Assembly (NCBI RefSeq): GCF_035285525.1
Contig: NZ_JAYKGW010000186.1
Coordinates: 1 to 32,000, forward strand
Direction: 5' to 3'
DNA from: Okeania sp.
GTDB lineage: Bacteria; Cyanobacteriota; Cyanobacteriia; Cyanobacteriales; Microcoleaceae
Length of the DNA stretch: 32,000 nucleotides
Positions 25,762 through 32,000 of the stretch are shown here, piece after piece. The translations under genes were made by a program, and so were the position numbers. Position 1 is the stretch's first letter; each line of letters opens with the position of its first letter. A model generated the notes under the pieces. The model had not been told where the DNA came from. It did not search any database and saw nothing but the letters and a program-made list of their open reading frames with translations.

Positions 25762-27525
25762 ATGCAATCTAAAATTCAAACCTTACCAAAAGAAGTTGTC
25801 AATTTAATTGCTGCTGGAGAAGTGATAGATTCTTTAGCAGCGGTAGTCCGAGAATTAGTAGAAAATTCTCTGGATGCTGGTGCAACTCGGATCATAATTT
25901 CTATCTTTTCTGAACAGTGGCGAATCCAAATTTCTGATAATGGAATGGGTATGAATTTAGTTAATTTAAAACAAGCAGCAAATCCTCACAGTACGAGCAA
26001 AATTACTAATCTTAAAGACCTGACAAAAATTACCAGTTTAGGATTTCGGGGAGAAGCACTTCATAGTTTAGCAAATCTCTCCAATTTAGAAATATTAAGT
26101 CGTCCTAAATTACCTATTTCGGAAAAGGAAAATGAAGGTTGGCGAGTTCTTTATAATCAACAAGGAAAAGCTATTAAAACTGAAAGAGTTGCTATTGCCC
26201 CTGGTACTATTGTCAAAGTTTCTAATCTCTTTGGGAAATGGCCTGTACGTCGTCATGCAATGCCTTCTCCAGGACAACAAATGCGCGGCATACAATTAAT
26301 TATTCAGCAAATATCTCTTTGTTATCCTGATGTGACTTGGCAAGTTTGGCAGGGTAGTAAATTATGGATACAAATTAGTCCTGGCGCTACGGCAAAACAA
26401 ATTTTACCTCAATTTTTATCGACAGTAAGATTGAATGATTTACAATATATTCAACAAGAAATTGATGAGGAAGAACCAAAAGAATTAAATGCCGAAATAT
26501 CAAATTTTTCCGAATATAAAGATTCTCAAATTTTGGATAGACAATCATTAGAATTAGTCTTAGGTTTACCTGATAGATGTCATCGCCGAAGACCAGATTG
26601 GGTAAAAGTTGCTATTAATAATAGGGTAGTAAAAGTTCCAGAATTAGAACAAACAATTATTAGTTCTTTAGCGCGGACTTGTCCTCGCGATCGCTATCCT
26701 GTCTGTTTTATTCATTTACAAATTTTTCCCTATCAAATTAACTGGAACCGTCATCCGGCAAAAACAGAAATTTATCTAGATAATTTGAAATTTTGGCAAC
26801 AACAAATCAATCTAACAATTGGGAAAGCATTACAATTTAGTTCACAGATTATGCCAGAATTTCCTTTATCAGAAAGAGTGGAAAAAATCTTAAAAGTCTC
26901 AGAAAATACAGGCAATTATCAAAGTCGTCGAGTTCTAGAAAATTCACCAGATAATTCTGAACAAGAAAATCAAGAATTAGGATTAATAGAATTAAAAGCG
27001 ATCGCTCAATTACACAAAACTTATATATTAGCTGAACATCCCAATGGAATTTGGTTGATAGAACAACATATTGCCCATGAAAGAATTTTATATGAAAAAT
27101 TATGCGATGCTTGGCAAATAATTTATTTAGAAACTCCGATTATTTTACATCATTTATCTTCTGTTCAAATAGAACAACTTCAACGGTTAAATATAGAAGT
27201 AGAAATCTTTGGAGATTTTCTTTGGGCTGCTCGTACTGCTCCGGCAATGTTAGCTAAAAGAAATGACTGTGCCGATGCTTTAATTGAACTTAGTAAAGGT
27301 GGCGATTTAGAATCAGCTAAAGTAGCTACAGCTTGTCGTAGTGCTATTAGAAATGGAACTGCTTTAAGCCTACCACAAATGCAAAGTTTATTAAATAAAT
27401 GGCAACTTACTCGAAACCCTCGTACTTGTCCTCATGGTAGACCAATTTATTTATCTTTAGAAGAATCAGCTTTAGCTCGTTTCTTTAGAAGAAATTGGGT
27501 AATTGGAAAAAGTCATGGCATTTAA
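25762..27525 (+). CDS. mutL: DNA mismatch repair protein MutL
   Basis: 587 aa with the N-terminal GHKL ATPase motifs IAAGEVIDSLAAVVRELVENSLDAGA and DNGMGM, and the C-terminal ..ACRSAIRNG..CPHGRPIY motif. Confidence 0.95.
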   Translation: MQSKIQTLPKEVVNLIAAGEVIDSLAAVVRELVENSLDAGATRIIISIFSEQWRIQISDNGMGMNLVNLKQAANPHSTSKITNLKDLTKITSLGFRGEALHSLANLSNLEILSRPKLPISEKENEGWRVLYNQQGKAIKTERVAIAPGTIVKVSNLFGKWPVRRHAMPSPGQQMRGIQLIIQQISLCYPDVTWQVWQGSKLWIQISPGATAKQILPQFLSTVRLNDLQYIQQEIDEEEPKELNAEISNFSEYKDSQILDRQSLELVLGLPDRCHRRRPDWVKVAINNRVVKVPELEQTIISSLARTCPRDRYPVCFIHLQIFPYQINWNRHPAKTEIYLDNLKFWQQQINLTIGKALQFSSQIMPEFPLSERVEKILKVSENTGNYQSRRVLENSPDNSEQENQELGLIELKAIAQLHKTYILAEHPNGIWLIEQHIAHERILYEKLCDAWQIIYLETPIILHHLSSVQIEQLQRLNIEVEIFGDFLWAARTAPAMLAKRNDCADALIELSKGGDLESAKVATACRSAIRNGTALSLPQMQSLLNKWQLTRNPRTCPHGRPIYLSLEESALARFFRRNWVIGKSHGI

Positions 27526-27552
27526 ACAGTTATCAGTTATCAGTAATTTTAA

Positions 27553-27706
27553 GGTTACTCTCAGATTTATATAAACCTGCCCTCATGCACATTTTTAACT
27601 GTGTCAGTAATAGTGCAATAGTAGGGGCAGGTTTTTGCTAGAACTTTAATGGTTAATCTCAGATTTATATAAACCCGCCCTCATGCACATTTTTAACTGT
27701 GTCAGT
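27553..27706. repeat. Two 56-bp direct repeats (27553-27608 and 27651-27706), 98-bp period
   Basis: ggtta[c/a]tctcagatttatataaacc[t/c]gccctcatgcacatttttaactgtgtcagt occurs twice with 2 mismatches. Between the copies, ggggcaggttt can pair with aaacctgccc of copy 1. Confidence 0.85.
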
Positions 27707-27842
27707 CTAGTAGAATAAATTAAAAAACTTTCAAATTTTTTTATATATTTTTGATTTCCAAATCCACAGAAATAATGGAGAATAAGTCAGAAATTTGTCA
27801 GATTTTTTCTTAGGGCTTTCCTTACCAAACTCAAAGTAAGAA

Positions 27843-28012
27843 GGTAAGCATTCAGCTATTAGCGGTCAGCAATAATATTCTGTCTTAAAGCTATCGATTA
27901 TAAAGTTCTATGTCAATAGAGATGTTTATTAAAGTATAGTTTTAAAACAGGGGTTGAAATCTCAAACAAAAATAATGGTTGATAGCTAATAGCTGACGGC
28001 TGAATGCTGACA
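27843..28012. repeat. Inverted-repeat-bounded element of the agctgacggctgaatgct family
   Basis: taagcattcagctattagcggtcagc (about 27845-27870) faces tagctgacggctgaatgctgac (about 27988-28010). A solo copy, agctgacggctgaatgcttac, lies at about 29210-29230. Confidence 0.6.
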
Positions 28013-28199
28013 ATAAGGTTTAATAGTATTAGCGATCGCTTCATGGTACAATTATAATTCTGACGATTTCATAATTAGGTAGTTTGATAAATGATGTAAT
28101 TATAAAATTATAGTAAGACAATTAGCTGACTGTAAATTTACGCTAAAGCTTGATTATAACCTAGTCAAAAATAATTTTAATTATAATTGGGTACTAAAT

Positions 28200-29024
28200 A
28201 TGAATGATTCTCCATATCGACAGTTATTTTATTCAGAAATTAATCAATCTGATGAACAAATAGATTTAGCTAAAGCTGCTCTTTATTTAGCATTAGAAGA
28301 TGATAGAGAATTTGACCCCGATGAATATCTAAACGCTCTTGATACAATGGCAAATGAAGTGCAAGAAACATTGCCAGAATCTCTCTATCCTTTACGAATT
28401 ATTAAAAGTATAAATAAGTATCTTTATAATGATTTAGGCTTGACTGGAAATACAACTAATTATTACGACCCTAAAAATAGTTTCCTCAATCAAGTAATAG
28501 AAAGACGTACTGGCATCCCAATTACTTTATCCCTAGTTTATCTGGAAATTGCTAAAAGAATTAATTTTCCTATGGTTGGTATTGGAATGCCAGGACATTT
28601 CTTAATTCAACCTGATTTTGAAGAAGCTGGTATATTTGTAGATGCTTTTAACCAAGGAGAAATTCTTTTTCCTCAAGATTGTCAAGAAAGATTGGCCCAA
28701 ATTTATGGTCAACCAGTGGAACTGCAACCTCAGTTTTTCGCAACTATAAGTAATAAGCAGTTTCTAGCACGAATTTTGACAAATCTTAAGGTAATATATT
28801 TAAACAGAAATGAAGGGTTAAAAGCTATTGCAGCCATTGACCGAATTTTACTATTATTTCCAAATGCAGTTGTCGAAAAGCGAGACCGAGGCGTATTATA
28901 TTGTCAGCTAAATTTTTGGGCAGAAGCTCGTCAAGATTTAGAAAGTTATGTAGTTAATATTCCTCAAGCTGAGGATGCAGAGATAATTAGGCAATTATTG
29001 GCTAAAATGATAACTGATAGCTGA
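28200..29024 (+). CDS. SirB1-family (transglutaminase-like N-terminus plus TPR-like C-terminus) protein
   Basis: 274 aa with IDLAKAALYLALEDD, GNTTNYYDPKNSFLNQVIERRTGIPITLSLVYLEIAKRINFPMVGIGMPGHFLI and VDAFNQGE, the SirB1/UPF0162 pattern. Confidence 0.8.
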   Translation: MNDSPYRQLFYSEINQSDEQIDLAKAALYLALEDDREFDPDEYLNALDTMANEVQETLPESLYPLRIIKSINKYLYNDLGLTGNTTNYYDPKNSFLNQVIERRTGIPITLSLVYLEIAKRINFPMVGIGMPGHFLIQPDFEEAGIFVDAFNQGEILFPQDCQERLAQIYGQPVELQPQFFATISNKQFLARILTNLKVIYLNRNEGLKAIAAIDRILLLFPNAVVEKRDRGVLYCQLNFWAEARQDLESYVVNIPQAEDAEIIRQLLAKMITDS

Positions 29025-29284
29025 TTTTAACCTCTTTTATTATCAGCATTTTCTGCGGAATACTTTCCTACGGGATGCTACGCTTTCCGCAAACATAACT
29101 TTTAATTTTCGAAGGTTAGCTGACAGAAATGTTTCATTATTATTCACACCTTGACTACTAATTCCTTCTACCAGGATAATGAGTTAATAACTTATAGCTG
29201 ATAGTTAATAGCTGACGGCTGAATGCTTACCAAAAAAAACTATTGAACAGTAATGTAATCATTAAAATTGTGAGGAATAACACC

Positions 29285-29932
29285 ATGAAAAGTCTTTTAA
29301 ATTTAGGAGCATCTATCAAAAAATTATTTCAATTTGCTGGTTTCAGTAAACAATCATCCAAATTGTTATACATTTCTTTAGCAGGATTTTTAACAATTAT
29401 TTCTAGTATTTTAATTTTTACTTCTCAACCAGCAAATGCGATAGATGAAATTAAAATTACCTATGGCTCTATTAATATACCTTTAGCTATTGCTGATTTA
29501 GAGAAATTTGCCGATACAGGAGAACAGTCCGAGCAATTAAAATCACTATTTTTAACAGCGGATGCTACCCAGGAAAATATTAAAACAGTCCGGCAAATTT
29601 TAACTTATAAGTTAAAGGTTGAACCTGATTTTATAACGAATTTATTAGAATCACGTTATGGAGGACTTGCTGTTGTAGAATTTAGTCGCTATTTTGCTCC
29701 AGATAGTGATGTCTCTCAAATAACCGATGATATTTTGGCTACAATTGACGAAATTATTGATGATGGAGAAGTATCGTTTTTAGAACTGGTACAAAAGTTT
29801 AAGTGGACTGATAAAGTGGTCATTAATGCTAAAGGTATTGAAACATTCTTTGTAGAAGCTATAGAATTGGCCAAAAGAGGAGTAGAATTTTTGAAAGAAC
29901 AACCACAAGTACAAGAAGTTATCTGTGAATAA
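29285..29932 (+). CDS. DUF1400 domain protein with signal or anchor segment
   Basis: The ORF track starts at 29243. I prefer ATG 29285, downstream of GAGGAA. A hydrophobic LLYISLAGFLTIISSILIF segment is followed by IKITYGSINIPLAIADLEKFADTGEQSEQLKSLF, typical of cyanobacterial DUF1400. Confidence 0.7.
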   Translation: MKSLLNLGASIKKLFQFAGFSKQSSKLLYISLAGFLTIISSILIFTSQPANAIDEIKITYGSINIPLAIADLEKFADTGEQSEQLKSLFLTADATQENIKTVRQILTYKLKVEPDFITNLLESRYGGLAVVEFSRYFAPDSDVSQITDDILATIDEIIDDGEVSFLELVQKFKWTDKVVINAKGIETFFVEAIELAKRGVEFLKEQPQVQEVICE

Positions 29933-30064
29933 CTTATTTTAAGTAGTGTGGGAAGTATAATGACTGTGGGAAGTGCTGGTAGAAACTATTTTATCTTGAC
30001 TATCTAGGAATTTTGTATATAACTTTCCTACCCACTCCCTACTCCCTCACTCCTCGACTACTCC

Positions 30065-30520
30065 CTAATTATAAAAATACTGCTCTTCTGCTACTCTCTT
30101 CAAACGTCGTAGTTGAGCTTCCATATCTGCTTTAGTCCATGAAGCAGCAAACTGATTAAAACCAAATCTGATTATAGAATTAGGTATCTCAAATTCAAAA
30201 CGATTGAATAAACGAGTACCTTCAAGTTCAGGTTGACATTCCCAGCGATCACGACCTTGGAAAAAACCCTGAAATTCCCAAACAATTAAACCAGGTTCTC
30301 GTTCCACCACGATACTATATAAAGATGGTTCCAAAAAAGGAATATTAATAATAAATCTACTACGACTCCCGACAAAAGTATTCCAACTACCTATAGCTTC
30401 ACAACGTAGCATGGGATTTAACCACTTGTGCATGAGAATGTTATCTGTAATACAACGCTCTACAGTCGTGGCACTAGCATGGATAAAAATATTTTGCTCG
30501 AAAACTTGACTAAATGGCAT
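30065..30520 (-). CDS. SRPBCC-superfamily (polyketide cyclase/dehydrase-like) protein
   Basis: 151-aa ORF of the size and pattern of cyanobacterial SRPBCC proteins (FIHASATTVERCITD..WLNP...RFEFEIPNSIIRFGFNQFAA). This is assigned from memory of the family and is less certain. Confidence 0.55.
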   Translation of the reverse strand: MPFSQVFEQNIFIHASATTVERCITDNILMHKWLNPMLRCEAIGSWNTFVGSRSRFIINIPFLEPSLYSIVVEREPGLIVWEFQGFFQGRDRWECQPELEGTRLFNRFEFEIPNSIIRFGFNQFAASWTKADMEAQLRRLKRVAEEQYFYN

Positions 30521-30609
30521 AGTTACCGAAAAATTGGGTGTAAAGTCTCGCCTTTCTAGGTGGACTTTAAATAATTGCTAATTAAAACTTACATTAACTC
30601 AAAAAAACC

Positions 30610-32000
30610 ATGAATGGCACTTGGCAAATTATTGCAAAATCAATCAATATTATGGAGCCAATCCAAGCTAATTCGATCTTAGTTTCAGATTTTTTGGCAC
30701 AAACTAATCTAAATCCACTAGAACTGTCCCAAAGTATTAATCAAGCTAGAATTTGGGACACAGTTGCAGCTATTGTAATTTTAGTTATAGGTTGGATAGT
30801 TGCTGGGATTATTGCCAGCATAATTGGTGGACTATTCAAGAAGACCAATATTGACAATAAAATTGCTGGTTGGGTTTCAGGTAATCAGGAACAAGCTCAA
30901 AGTCTAGCTGTAGAGAAATGGATATCCTCTTTGGTGTTCTGGATCGTAATGATCTTTGTTCTGATTGCTTTCTTTGACAAACTGAACCTGACAGCAGTTT
31001 CTGAACCTCTAAATGCTTTCCTTACAGAAATTACTAGCTTCTTACCTAGTATAGCTGCTGCCCTAATTTGGCTAGGTATTGCCTGGTTAATAGCAACTAT
31101 AGCTAAATTAGCAGTAAACAAAGGACTTAAAACATTTGGTCTAAATGACCGTTTGAGTCAACAAGTTAGTGATGGACAATTAGACAGTCAAGTAGATATT
31201 AGCAATACCATTGCTAATGCTATTTACTGGCTGATTTTCTTGCTATTTTTACCAGCAATCTTAGAAGCTTTACAACTACAAGTTGCTCTGCAACCTGTGC
31301 AAAACATTGTAGACCAAATCTTACAAGCTCTACCTAAGATTCTCAAGGCTGTTATCCTAGTTACAGTTGGTTGGTTAATTGCTACTGTAGTCAAGAAAGT
31401 TGTTACTAATTTACTTGCTGCTACTGGTTTAGACCAAATGGGTAATAAGTTCGGTATGAGTCAAGAGAGTGGTAGTCAAAATCTTTCTGGGATTATTGGT
31501 ACTTTTGTTTATGTATTGATATTAATTCCTATAGCGATCGCTGCTCTGAGTGCTTTGGATATTGAGGCTATTACTACTCCAGCAGTGGCAATGCTTAACA
31601 ATATTCTGACATTTGTTCCTAAAATCTTTGCGGCTGCTGTAGTTCTGGTTATTGCTTATTTTGTTGGTCAATTTCTGCAAGATTTAATTACCAATCTTCT
31701 TACCAGTGTTGGTTTTAATAATCTTTTCAATTGGCTTGGTTTAAATTCAACCCCATCTAGCGATCCAAGTGCAACTGTACTTCAGAAAGAAGGTACTACT
31801 CAACGGACTCCCTCAGAAATTGCTGGTCTAGTAGCTTTTGTAGGTATTATTCTTTTTGCTACAGTTTCAGCTACTCAAATTATGCAGCTTGAAGCTTTGA
31901 CTTTAATAGTCAATGTAGTAATTGGAATTGGTGGTCGGGTTTTCTATGGTTTGGTAGTTTTGGCTATAGGTCTATATTTGGCTAACCTTGCTTATAATTT
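30610..32000 (+). CDS. Mechanosensitive-channel-family membrane protein with repeated 'conserved TM helix' segments; 3' end beyond the window
   Basis: Absent from the ORF track because there is no stop in the window. I translated from ATG 30610 to the window end with no stop. Hydrophobic units recur (AAIVILVIGWIVAGIIASIIGGLFKK; AALIWLGIAWLIATIAKLAVNKGL; AVILVTVGWLIATVVKKVVTNLLAATGLD; AAVVLVIAYFVGQFLQDLITNLL), typical of MscS-like N-termini in cyanobacteria. Confidence 0.7.
   Translation, partial: MNGTWQIIAKSINIMEPIQANSILVSDFLAQTNLNPLELSQSINQARIWDTVAAIVILVIGWIVAGIIASIIGGLFKKTNIDNKIAGWVSGNQEQAQSLAVEKWISSLVFWIVMIFVLIAFFDKLNLTAVSEPLNAFLTEITSFLPSIAAALIWLGIAWLIATIAKLAVNKGLKTFGLNDRLSQQVSDGQLDSQVDISNTIANAIYWLIFLLFLPAILEALQLQVALQPVQNIVDQILQALPKILKAVILVTVGWLIATVVKKVVTNLLAATGLDQMGNKFGMSQESGSQNLSGIIGTFVYVLILIPIAIAALSALDIEAITTPAVAMLNNILTFVPKIFAAAVVLVIAYFVGQFLQDLITNLLTSVGFNNLFNWLGLNSTPSSDPSATVLQKEGTTQRTPSEIAGLVAFVGIILFATVSATQIMQLEALTLIVNVVIGIGGRVFYGLVVLAIGLYLANLAYN

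Noticed and set aside
26110-26295. 61-aa minus-strand ORF
   Set aside because: It is antisense within mutL.
30897-31121. 74-aa minus-strand ORF
   Set aside because: It is antisense to the uninterrupted MscS-like reading frame that starts at 30610.

Overview
This is a cyanobacterial chromosome segment, probably Nostocales-like: AT-rich, many HIP1 GCGATCGC sites, heptamer STRR-type tandem repeats and several small MITE-like elements. No rRNA, tRNA, CRISPR array, transposase or integrase was recognised. All product calls come from motif reading by eye; no searches were run.

Core genes:
- chlH (4980-8969, +), valS (16516-19251, -) and mutL (25762-27525, +).
- SirB1-like (28200-29024), DUF1400 (29285-29932) and SRPBCC (30065-30520) proteins.
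- Two genes that run off the window edges and are absent from the ORF track: a Ser/Thr kinase N-terminus (1-557, -) and an MscS-like channel (30610-32000, +).

The most interesting region is a visibly more AT-rich accessory island of about 7.4 kb between chlH and valS (9.1-16.5 kb). It holds:
- a GmrSD-like DUF262/DUF1524 nuclease whose stop overlaps (ATGA) the start of a HicB-like antitoxin, with no hicA;
- a PD-(D/E)xK nuclease paired with an unusual 709-aa DPPY methyltransferase;
- a lone ParD antitoxin;
- a DUF4160/DUF2442 pair;
- a PIN-like nuclease preceded by a non-canonical 109-aa partner.

These modules are separated by five direct copies, full or partial, of the hicB 3' end and its downstream hairpin. 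Two of the copies are 87/87 identical. This gives a cassette-array architecture with no recombinase in view.

Elsewhere the window is rich in decayed addiction-type genes: a higB pseudogene next to intact higA, a truncated and frameshifted GNAT toxin, a broken xisH-xisI pair, and a probably frameshifted xisI. It also has two Uma2 endonucleases and a tandem-duplicated SurE-like protein with no canonical start codon for its first catalytic motif.
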